NCBI GenBank assembly: GCA_031414955.1 | Contig: JANOQV010000198.1 | Span: 1-29,061 of the forward strand | From: Pedosphaera sp. | GTDB lineage: Bacteria > Verrucomicrobiota > Verrucomicrobiia > Limisphaerales > SIBH01 | Reading direction: 5' to 3' | DNA: 29,061 bases | Shown here: piece after piece, positions 8,302 through 18,000 of the stretch | Position numbering within the stretch: the stretch's first letter is position 1 | How the letters are laid out: each line of letters opens with the position of its first letter | Translations under genes and position numbers: made by a program | Notes under the pieces: model-generated | Database searches by the model: none | Told to the model about the DNA's origin: nothing | Seen by the model: the letters and a program-made list of their open reading frames with translations, nothing else

Positions 8302-8467
8302 GGAAACTCCAAACTCCAAACTCCAAATTCCAACCAAACTCCAACCCTCAAAATTCAACCAGGCTGGTTCGTGCCCGCCGGCGGCCATTCGTTGCCGCAC
8401 CGGCTCCCTTGTGAGGGTTGGAGGTTGAAGGTGGTTTGGGGTTTGGGGTTTGGGGTTTGGGGTTTTC
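8302..8467. repeat. Inverted pair of heptamer tandem-repeat arms in the yicC-gmk spacer
   Basis: Left arm (AAACTCC)3-AAATTCC...CTCCAACCCTCA; right arm TGAGGGTTGGAG...(GGGGTTT)4; about 50-bp unique core. Confidence 0.85.
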
Positions 8468-8469
8468 AT

Positions 8470-9351
8470 TCATTCCACGTTCATCGCCTGTTCCCGGAAC
8501 TTCTCCAACTCGGTCTTCAGCACCACGACCTCGCGCGAGATCATGGCGTCATTGGCCTTGGAGCCGATGGTGTTGATCTCGCGGTTCATCTCCTGGGCCA
8601 GAAAATCGAGCGTGCGCCCGACCGGCTCGCGCGAGTTCACGCAATCGTCGAACTGCTTGAAGTGGCTTTGCAGGCGGGTGATTTCCTCCGAGATGTCCGA
8701 GCGGTCGGCGAAGAAGATCACTTCCTTCAAGATGCGCTCCTCCTCGACCTTCACCGCCTCGAGGCCCGCGTTCTGGATGCGCTCCATCAACTGCTCGCGA
8801 TACTTCACCTGCACCTGCGGGGCGCGTTTCTGCACGCGACGGGCGGAAACGCGCATGGTGTCGATGCGCTTCACAATATCTTTGCGCAGATGCGCGCCTT
8901 CCTTCTCGCGCATCGCCACCATCATCTCGAGCGCCTGCTTCACTGCCTTCTCCACGGCGGGCCAGAAATCCTCGGCGTCCGGTACGTCCTGGTCGGCCTC
9001 CAGCACGCCGGGCGCGCGCAGCAAATGATCGAGAGTCACTTCGCCGGACAGCTTCAACTCGCGGGCCAGTGCCCGCAGGTTCTTGATGTAGGCTGCGGCC
9101 AGCGCATGGTTGATCCGCACCTGGCCGCCCTCGCCCTTCTCACCGGCATGGAGCGTGACGCGCGCCGTGACCCGGCCGCGGGCGATGCGCCGGTTGATCT
9201 CATCGCGGATTTGCGCCTCCAGCACCTCCAGTTCGCGCGGGAGGTTGATGGAGATTTCGCTCTGCTTGCGATTCACCGAGCTGAGTTCGGCGGTGATTTT
9301 GAACCCGTTCTGTACCGCATCGCCCCAGCCATAACCGGTCATTGACTTCAT
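8470..9351 (-). CDS. yicC: YicC/YloC family endoribonuclease
   Basis: MKSMTGYG N-terminus, SVNRK, DISEEITRLQSH, GRTLDFLAQEMNREINTIGSKAN and C-terminal EKFREQAMNVE; upstream of gmk as is usual. Confidence 0.95.
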   Translation of the reverse strand: MKSMTGYGWGDAVQNGFKITAELSSVNRKQSEISINLPRELEVLEAQIRDEINRRIARGRVTARVTLHAGEKGEGGQVRINHALAAAYIKNLRALARELKLSGEVTLDHLLRAPGVLEADQDVPDAEDFWPAVEKAVKQALEMMVAMREKEGAHLRKDIVKRIDTMRVSARRVQKRAPQVQVKYREQLMERIQNAGLEAVKVEEERILKEVIFFADRSDISEEITRLQSHFKQFDDCVNSREPVGRTLDFLAQEMNREINTIGSKANDAMISREVVVLKTELEKFREQAMNVE

Positions 9352-9378
9352 TGGCGGCGGACTATGGGGGAAGGAAAA

Positions 9379-9411
9379 GAAACTCCAAACACCAAAAACC
9401 AAGCTTCAAAC
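9379..9411. repeat. Heptamer repeat tract of the same family as 8302-8360
   Basis: G AAACTCC AAACACC AAAAACC AAGCTTC AAAC. Confidence 0.75.
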
Positions 9412-9651
9412 AGCCGGGGCGCGACGGGGACACCCTCTCGTTGACCGTTCCCATTGGGGTCGGAACGCCTCACCCCACCTCCTCAACTGCCGTCACTCCC
9501 GCGAGTAGCCAGCATCACCGCTCTCATCTGTTCGGATCTCAATGGTGCCGGTCGAACGCCTCCGCGTTGCGGCCAGCGACACTTTGTGTGTTGACACCGG
9601 CCCGGTTAGGAATTTGCCTTGGCTCGAATCTTTTTCAGCACCAAGAAATTT

Positions 9652-10320
9652 ATGAAGAACAGTCTGACTCTCCTGGCCGCGTTGCTCGCGGTGTCCGCCC
9701 CGAGCGCCCTGCGCGCCGCCGATGACAAAGTCCCGCTCAAGCTGGACCTTCCCGCCCACACCCTGAAGGGCACGCCGGAAGATCTGCCCTCCGGCCCGAA
9801 CGTCGAGCCGCTTTCCGACAAGCCCCGCCCGGCCTTCCCCGTGCCAAAAGGCGTGGTGAACGTCGCCGTCGGCAAGGCCGTCACCAGCAGCATCGCTCCC
9901 TTCCTCGGCGACCTGAAGCAGATCACCGACGGCAAGAAGGAAGCTTCGGACGAGGATGCGGTCGAGATGAAGAAAGGCGTGCAGTGGGTGCAGGTTGATC
10001 TCGGCCAGTCCTTCACCATCCACGCCATCGCCATGTGGCATGATCATCGTTACGTGCAGGCCATCCACGCGGTCATCGTGCAGGTGTCGGACGACCCCGA
10101 GTTCAAGACTGGCGTGACCACGCTCTTCAACAACGACACGGCCAATGTCACCGGTTTGGGCGTCGGCACGGATCGCGAATACTTCGAGCTGGAGTTCGGC
10201 CGCATCGTGGACGGCAAGGCCACCAAGGGCCGCTACGTGCGCGGCTTCAGCAAGGGCGGAAGCCTGAGCGCGCTCAACTGCTGGCAGGAACTGGAAGTGT
10301 ACGCGCTGCCGGCGAAATGA
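9652..10320 (+). CDS. Exported discoidin (F5/8 type C, CBM32-like) domain protein
   Basis: Signal peptide MKNSLTLLAALLAVSAPSALRA; Pro-rich linker; NVAVGKAVTSS...ITDG...WVQVDLG...GRYVR...ELEVY pattern. Confidence 0.8.
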   Translation: MKNSLTLLAALLAVSAPSALRAADDKVPLKLDLPAHTLKGTPEDLPSGPNVEPLSDKPRPAFPVPKGVVNVAVGKAVTSSIAPFLGDLKQITDGKKEASDEDAVEMKKGVQWVQVDLGQSFTIHAIAMWHDHRYVQAIHAVIVQVSDDPEFKTGVTTLFNNDTANVTGLGVGTDREYFELEFGRIVDGKATKGRYVRGFSKGGSLSALNCWQELEVYALPAK

Positions 10321-12014
10321 ATCGCTGGAGCGCTTTGGCGGTGCTGCTGGCCCTCGCTGGCGCACTCGCGCTCCGCGTTCCCAATCTCGCCAATCGTCCG
10401 CTCCACAACGACGAGGCGGTCAACGCCGTCAAGGTTGACGAGCTTTGGCAGCACGGCCGCTACGCCTACGATCCTGACGAATACCACGGGCCGGCGCTCC
10501 ACTACGCCACGCTGCCATTCCTGTGGCTGAACGGCGCGCGCGATGCCGACCATCTCGATGATGCCACGCTGCGTTACGCGCCAGTCGCTTTCGGCGTCGG
10601 GTTGATTCTGCTGCTCCTGCTCTTCGCGGATGGATTGGGCCGTCATGCGCTGGCTTGGGCGGCGCTCTTCATCGCCGTGTCGCCGGCCATGGTTTTCTAC
10701 AGCCGGTATTTCATCCACGAAATGTCGCTGGTGTTCTACACCGCGCTGACGCTGGGGGCGGGCTGGCGCTACGCACAATCGCGGCGCGGCTTCTCCCTCT
10801 CCCCTCAACGGGGAGAGGGCCGGGGTGAGGGGTGGGAAGTTCTGGAGGCGCGGCTGAATTCGGAGAGTCAAAGGCCACACCACCCCTCACCCTCAATCCC
10901 TCTCCCCGTTGAGGGGAGAGGGAAGCCGGATGCCCGCTGGGCGCTACTCGCCGGCGCGGGCCTGGGACTGATGTTCGCGACCAAGGAGACGTTCGTGATC
11001 ACCCTCGGCGCGATGGGCTTGGCGGGAATCATCACCGCACTGTGGAGAGCGGAGCCGGCGGCTGGTTCGCGGTGGAATCAACTCACGGCGTGGATTCCCA
11101 ACTGGCGGCACTGCGCACTCGCGTTGTCCGCGACTGCAATCATCTGGCTGCTGTTTTTCAGTTCCTTCTTCACCAACTTCGGCGGACTCGCTGATTCGTT
11201 TCTCACCTACCTGCCGTGGCTCAAACGGGCGGGCGGCCACTCGCCGCACATTCATCCGTGGAGTTTCTATCTCGAACGCCTCGCGTGGTTTCATCCGAAG
11301 AAAAGTCCGGTCTGGAGCGAAGGACTGATTCTGGTGTTAGCCGTGGTGGGGGCCGGCGTCTCGCTCCTCGGTAAGAAGTCCGCGCTGCACCGGTTCCTCG
11401 CGCTCTACACCATTATCCTCACCGCGCTCTACTCGCTGATTTCGTACAAGACGCCGTGGTGTCTGCTGAACTTTTTTCACGGCATGATTCTGCTGGCCGG
11501 TGTCGGAGCGGTGGCCTTGGTGGAGTTCTTTCGGGCGCGTCCGATGCGCATGGCGGCGGCCGTGGTGCTGCTCGGCTTGACCGCGCAACTGACCGCACAA
11601 GCCTGGCGTGCCAGCTTCGTCTTCCCCGCGGATCGACGGAATCCCTACGTCTATGCCCAAACCGTCCCGGACTTCACCAACCTCGTCCACAAGATCGAAG
11701 GGATCGCCGCAATCGCTCCAGCAGGCCACGCGACCGTGGTGAAAGTCATCGCGCCGGGCGGCGACTACTGGCCGCTGCCCTGGTATCTGCGGCGGTTCAA
11801 GCAGATCGGCTGGTACGATCAGCTGCCCGCTGATCCTTACGCGCCCATCATCGTGGTCGGCGCGAAGTTCGACGCGCGCCTCGATGAGAAGTCGGACAAG
11901 AAGTGGATCATGGCCGGATATTCCGAGCTGCGACCGGGCGTCTTCCTCGAACTCTACGTCGAACTGGATCTGTGGAAAAAGTACGTCGCCACCCTGCCGC
12001 GCGAGCGGGATTGA
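10317..12014 (+). CDS. GT-C fold membrane glycosyltransferase (TIGR03663-like; PMT/ArnT superfamily)
   Basis: 565 aa multi-TM; RPLHNDEAVNA acidic DE motif after TM1, YDPDEYHGP, SPAMVFYSRYFIHE, ATKET, SYKTPW and YWPLPWYLR; ATGA overlap with the upstream gene. Confidence 0.8.
   Translation: MNRWSALAVLLALAGALALRVPNLANRPLHNDEAVNAVKVDELWQHGRYAYDPDEYHGPALHYATLPFLWLNGARDADHLDDATLRYAPVAFGVGLILLLLLFADGLGRHALAWAALFIAVSPAMVFYSRYFIHEMSLVFYTALTLGAGWRYAQSRRGFSLSPQRGEGRGEGWEVLEARLNSESQRPHHPSPSIPLPVEGRGKPDARWALLAGAGLGLMFATKETFVITLGAMGLAGIITALWRAEPAAGSRWNQLTAWIPNWRHCALALSATAIIWLLFFSSFFTNFGGLADSFLTYLPWLKRAGGHSPHIHPWSFYLERLAWFHPKKSPVWSEGLILVLAVVGAGVSLLGKKSALHRFLALYTIILTALYSLISYKTPWCLLNFFHGMILLAGVGAVALVEFFRARPMRMAAAVVLLGLTAQLTAQAWRASFVFPADRRNPYVYAQTVPDFTNLVHKIEGIAAIAPAGHATVVKVIAPGGDYWPLPWYLRRFKQIGWYDQLPADPYAPIIVVGAKFDARLDEKSDKKWIMAGYSELRPGVFLELYVELDLWKKYVATLPRERD
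10788..10927. mobile_element. Palindromic MITE/REP-like element inserted in frame in the glycosyltransferase gene
   Basis: Perfect 25-bp inverted repeat CCCTCTCCCCTCAACGGGGAGAGGG (10795-10819 and 10898-10922), plus GGTGAGGGGTGG/CCACCCCTCACC inner arms and GGCTTC/GAAGCC ends. Confidence 0.8.
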
Positions 12015-12015
12015 A

Positions 12016-12071
12016 CGTGCCGCCAGCGTCCCGCTGGCCTCCCGGAAAGCCAGCAGGATGCTGGCGGCACG
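12016..12071. repeat. REP-like hairpin between convergent genes; possible bidirectional terminator
   Basis: CGTGCCGCCAGCGTCCCGCTGGC (12016-12038) pairs with GCCAGCAGGATGCTGGCGGCACG (12049-12071), 21 of 23 Watson-Crick; no U-tract. Confidence 0.75.
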
Positions 12072-12076
12072 CTGGC

Positions 12077-15000
12077 CTACGGCGTCACCGCGCGGTAGAA
12101 CCGCACCTGGTTCGTGGACAGGGCCGGGTCGGTAACCACGATGGTGCGCACTGTGGATTTCGCCGTGATGTTGCTCAACACCGACCACGCTTGCGTGCCC
12201 ATGATCGAGTTGAACTGCACGGCGTAGGTGCGGTTGGTCTGCGCGGTGAACTGCAATTGCAGCGGACGGAACGATGTCACTAGCAACTTCAACACGCTGG
12301 CCGCGTTCTGCGGGTCGGTGCCGGCGCGGAATTCCTGAAGATTCGTCATGCCGTCTCCATCGGGATCGAGGTTCGCGTCGCTGCCGCTGTTCGGGTTCAG
12401 GCCGTGGGAGAGTTCCCACGCGTCCGGCAGGCCGTCGCCATCGGTGTCCGAGGTGATCACGGTGAGGACGGCCACGCTGCTGGTACTGGCACCGGCCAGG
12501 TTGGTCGCGACGAGGAGGTAGTTGCCGGCGTGGGCCGGTTGCGCGTTGGAGCGGACATAGGTCGTATTCGTCGCATTGGCAATATTCGTCCCGTTGAAGC
12601 GCCACTGAAACGACAACGGCGCGCTCCCGCCGACCGTGGCGGAGAAGGTCGCGTTGCTCCCCGCGCCCACGTTCAGGCTCTGCGGCTGCGCGGTGAAGTA
12701 GGGCGCCACGAAGCTCAGCACGCCGGTCAGCTCGAAGTCGAAGCTGAGGTCGCTGCTCGTGCCGTTGGCCTGGTGAATCTCCACCGCGACGATGTTGGTG
12801 CCCGGCACCAGATAGCCGGGATTCACCGGTGACGAATAGTAGGTGCCTTCATCCGGCACGCTGCCCAACGCCACCGTGGTGTAACCGATCGCGCCGCCCG
12901 GCATGTTGTTGCGATAAACCTCGGAGCCGTTGAGGTAAACCACGCCGCCATCGTCGCGCAACAGTCGCAGGCTGAGTTCGGAGAACGCCGCGTAGTTCGT
13001 GACCACAATCGCCCGACGGAAATAGGTCGTGATGTACTTCGCGCCAGAGTTCGGGCCGAAGCCCACCACCGTGGCCTCGTCGCCGTCGCCGTAACCGAGT
13101 TGGGCCGGGCCGTTGCTCCAGCCGGAATCGTTGAATCCAATGGCCGGCCACGCGCCGCCCTGATCGGTGCCGTTGTCGAGATACTTCCAGCCCGACCCGG
13201 TGGCGATGAGCGTGACGTTGCTCGCGAAGCCCGCCACCACGCTGATGCTTACGGGCGCGCTCGTCCGGGCGATGCTGCTGTCATCGGTGGCGATGGCGGA
13301 CAGGCTGTAGTCGCCGGCCGCGCTGTTCGGCCACGAGAAGGCGAACGGCGTGGTCGTGTCCTCGCCGAGCTTCACGCCGTTGGCGAAGAACTCGACTTTG
13401 GCGACGGAACCGTCCGGGTCAGTCGCATTCGCGGCCAGACCAATGGGCGCGCCCGCCACGAACATCGCGCCCGTCGCCGGGCTGCTCAACGCCACAAAGG
13501 GCGGCAGGTTGGAACTCAGCGGTGGGTAAAGCTGCGCGCTGGGGATCGTCTCGTAAATCGTGTTCGGCGAAGACCACCGCAGATAGGCCGCCGCGCCGCC
13601 GCCGTTCTCGTAATACTCCATGCGGATGTCGTAGAGCTGCCCGGCTTGCAACGCGATCACACCCGACCATTCCGTCGGACCCTGATCCTGCCAGCGGTCA
13701 ATGATGAGCTGATTGTTCACCCACAATCTCCCGCCATCGTCGGTCGTGGTGAAGAACGTGTAACTCTCCGAGAAGCGCGGCTGCACCTGGCCGGTCCAAC
13801 GCGCGCTGAACTGCTCCGCCCCAATCGCCGGATCGGGCGAGCCACCGCCCCAGTCGAAGCTCACCACCGGATCGACGCGCCGCACGCGCGTGCCGGTGAA
13901 GTCGGCGTTGTCGAAATAATCGCCGCGCAGTCCCGTGCCGCCACCAATGGGCGGTGGTGTGACCGTGATGGTGACGGGCAACGACACGGTGACGGCCAGC
14001 CCGTTGTCGCGCGCCTTGGCCACGACTTCGTGCGCACCGACGCCCGCGCCTGACCACACGAAGGTGAACGGCGCGTTCGTTACCTGCCCGAGCTGGATGT
14101 CGCCCTCGTAAAACTCCACCCGCACCACGCTGCCATCCGGGTCCGAGGCACTCGCCGTCAGCAGGATGTTCGCCGGCACCTCGAACGAAGCCCCATTCGT
14201 CGGCGACACGATCGCGACCGTGGGCGATTGGTTGAACACATTGGTCGCGCCGGGCGTGATGCCGCTGGCGAACCAGTTCAGCGGCTCGTTGCCGTAGAGC
14301 GTGGGCGCGGTGCGCTGGATGGACGGGCCGTCGCCATCCGCGCCCGTCGGCCACGGCAGCTTGTCGTTGTAGCGCACTTCATCGGTGACGAGGTAGGGCG
14401 TGCCGTTCGTGTCCGGTGAGTCGGGGCGTTCGAGGCGCAATCGCTCGCCGCTGTCCTGCAACACGCCGGGGAACGGACCGACGATCTGCACGGCGGGCGC
14501 GATGGCGTATTTCGTGCGGAACGACGCCGGGTCAATCGGCACCACGAGCAGATAACCGCCGGGCGGCACGCTCACGTTGTTCGAGAACGTGTAGTTCAGC
14601 CCGCTCAATTTCCACGAGTTGGTCGGGAACAGCGCGTCGTATAAGGTCACATTTGTCCCGCTGAGGTTGTAAATCTCTACGAACTCGTCGTAGCCGATGG
14701 CGGGATGGTAGAGCACTTCGTTGATGACCAGCGGCCCGACGCGCGGCGCAGCGTTGGCCGCGCCAAGAGTGAGCGAACTCAGCGCGGGCCAGTCCTCGTC
14801 GCCGGTGCTGTTGAGGTAGCGGCCGAAGCTCACGCCGTTGGCCGATGCTCCGTAATCAATGCTGTGGCTGTAGCCGGTGAGGTTCGTGCCCGTGTCGCCG
14901 CTGAACAGGAATAGCGATTCGCCGTGGGAGTTGAGCGCGAAACTCGGCGGCACGCCGGGCGTGGCGTTGAAGTTCGTCTCGTAGAACACCACGAAACCGC

Positions 15001-18000
15001 CCGCGTTGATCACGGTGCCATTCGGGACGCGGAACTTCTTCGGCGACCCCGCGTCATCGCTCAGATACCAGCCGCCGATGTTCACGTTCGTCGCCGCCGG
15101 GTTGAACAACTCGATGGCGTCCATCAGGGGCGGATCGGTGTGGGTGAGAATCTCGTTGATGACGATGCCGGCGATGCTGACCACCGGATCATCCGTGCCC
15201 GGCGAGCCACCCAAGTTCGCGCTCGGCCGCCAGCTTTGCGGCAGCGCGGGATCGCCGTTCGGATTTGCGGGCACGAGCGAGAAGCCGTAGCCATCCGGCG
15301 TGATGGGCCACGGCACGGCGTTGTTGTAGCTGAAGCTGAACACGTTCGTGGCGAGGACGTGCGCGAGCGTTAGCCTCTCGCCGCCGTTGTCGAGCTTGCC
15401 CGTGTAGATGCCATTGACCGGAACGCCGGGATACTTGGACGCGAAGACCGCCGCGTTGCGCGCCAGCACGAAGAACGCGCCCGGCAAGAGCTTCGTCCCG
15501 TTGGTGAAACTGAAGGTGATGCCGTCGGTGAATTGCAGCCCGCTGAAGTCGAAGGTGTTCGTGCCCGTGTTCTTCAGTTCGAGAAACTCCACCTCGTCGC
15601 TGTTGTTCGTCCCGAAGTCCGACGGGTGATACATGATCTCCGTCACCTTGAACCCGGCGAAGTCCTGCACCACGTAGAACGTCGCCTCGACGAGCGCGCT
15701 CCAGTTGGTCCCGTCGCGCACGCGGGCACGGAGCAAGGCTGCGTTGGTGAGCACCAGCGGCGTGGTGTAAGCCTGCACCGGGTTGGCCAGCGCACCGCCC
15801 CACACGCGCGGATCGGGGCCGTTCAGCGAGTAGTAAATCGTGCCGGAGGGATTTGGATTCGTCAGCGCGAGGGCATAACCCGGCGGCACCAACCCGCCAA
15901 AGGGCGCGAACGTCGGCGCGTTCAACTGCGGGAACAGCCCCGCGTTGCGCAGTTGATTCAACAGGATGGCCGAGCGTTGCGGGAACCAACTGCGCACCGC
16001 GTTCTGCGCTGCGATCCAGGTGGCGCGCGTGTTGCCATTTCCCCAGCGCGCCGACTCCGCCACGATGGCTCGGTCGATCTCGGTGGCGCGCTTCATCCAG
16101 CGCGCGTCCGACACGACCGGGGTGAGCGCGCCGCCGTTGAGCAAATGTTTCTGCGCGTGATCGCCGAACTCCCGCCGGAACTCGGGATGCGCGCGCAGCG
16201 CCGCGTAAAGCCGGCCGGGCGAGCCATCGCTCAATCCGGTGCGGTCCGTGTTCACGTCGTTGCCGATGCCGAAACTCCATTCCGCGTCCCAGCAGAAGAA
16301 ATGGAAACCCGCGCCCGGCAAGCGGCGGCGGGCCGCGTTCCAGTTGTGGCCCGGCCAGTCAGTGTTGGCGGAGTAGAAATTCATCATCATGTAGTCGATG
16401 AAGTTCGGCATGTTCAGGTACTGGCTGATGTTTGTGTAAACGCTGTCGTTGGTGATGCCGGTGTTGGCCAGGCCGTGCATGGTGTTCCAGGCGTCGACCG
16501 TGCCATCGACCAGTTCATCGGAGTTGAAGGCGTCGTATTCCTCCTTCTCACCGCCGAGGTGATGCGCGGCATAGGAGGCGTCGCCCTTCTCGCCGATGTT
16601 GTAGAGGCCCCAGTAAATCCCATTGAGATAAAGGTGGGCGTAGGTGCCGTGCGGGCCGAAGCCGCCCATGTCGTTCTGCGCGTCGCGGCACCATTGGTCG
16701 CGCTGCATCTCGGCCGAGCCGCCGCCCCAAATCCACTGGTCGTTGAACGACGCGTGCAGCGTGAGGGTGTCGAATTCCTGCACCGACGAGTCCGGATAGA
16801 GCGGATAGTCGAGTTTGCCCGGGCCGTAGATTTGTTTGAACAGCACACGCATCCCGTGCTTGCCCACCAAACCGCGGCTCGCGCCGCCCTGGATGCGAAT
16901 GCCGGCGTTGACGCTGAATCCCTTCTCGCCGTCGGGCCGCATGTATTCGAGCGAACAGGGCCGCTCCCAGGCCACGCCCTCGGCCTGCGGATTCGACCAG
17001 ACGCCGCTCGGGCCGAAGATATCCGCCCAATCCATGACGATGCTCAACGTGGGCACGCCGAGCAGATCGTTCTTGAAGGTCGGATGGTAGAGCGCGCTCA
17101 ACGTGACGTTGGTGCTCAAGGTGTAATTCTCCGATGAGCCACCGACCCAGTTTCCGTTGGTGGACTGCGCCTGCACGTTGTTCAGGAAAATATAGGAGTG
17201 GGTCTCGACCTCCGTCGGCTCGAAACCGTCGCGAGAGCCGATGGCCCGAATCAGGGTGGTGCCGCCGACGGGAATGCCGCCCGCAGTGTAGATGAAACCA
17301 TTGGTCCCGCCGGGCGCGGAGCCGTTGGTGGTGTAACGAATGGTGATGCCGGGCGTGGCGCTCGTGATGGTGACGGAAAAATTCGTCGTGTCGAACCAGC
17401 CGCGGCCCTGGTTGAACTTCAGATTCTCCACGAAGGCGAAGAAGCCGCTGCCGTTGACCGCGCCCGGTGAAGGCGTGGCAAAATAGTGGTTGGTCTGGCC
17501 CAGCACTTTGTTCTCGACCAACTCGGCGAGCATCAGGAAATCAGGAGCGTTGAAGTTGTAGGTCAGCCCGTGAATGGCCAGCACGTTGCTGCCCGGACGC
17601 AACAGGCCGAGCGCGCCCGACACGTTGATGTCCTCGTAGGCCAGCGCGTTGGTCGAGGGCCGGTTGGCGCTCGCAACTGAGTTCCACGAGAGCGTGCCGC
17701 CGGGCACGGTGCGGCGCGCGATCTCCGTGCCATTCAGCCAGGCCACGAAACCGTCGTCGTATTTCATGCGCAAGGTGAGCGTGGAGAGCGCCGCCGGGTT
17801 CACCACGTCGAAGGGCAGGCGAATGTAAGCCGACGAGCTTTTGTTGAGCATGTTGGTCTGCACGTCGGTGGCGATGAGCGGGCGCAGGCTGCTCTGGCTG
17901 CCGGTGGGCAGCGACCGCACGGCCAGCCCGCCGCTGGCCGTGTCGCCGACGAGACGGAAGCTGGCGTTGAAGCCGCCGAAGCTTCCCTGGGCCGCGAAGA

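Noticed and set aside
8300..8344. gmk extension MEFGWNLEFGVWSFP, and the similar yicC extension at 9352-9402
   Set aside because: These are translations of heptamer repeats; the conserved N-termini begin at 8299 and 9351.
8302..8467. Possible CRISPR array or telomere-like contamination
   Set aside because: Units are 7 bp with no spacers or cas genes, and the tract sits within an intact bacterial gene run.
964..9345. Long plus-strand ORFs (e.g. 1912-3105, 2753-4123, 3991-5226, 8299-9345)
   Set aside because: Antisense shadows of well-supported minus-strand genes, expected at high GC; no recognisable motifs.
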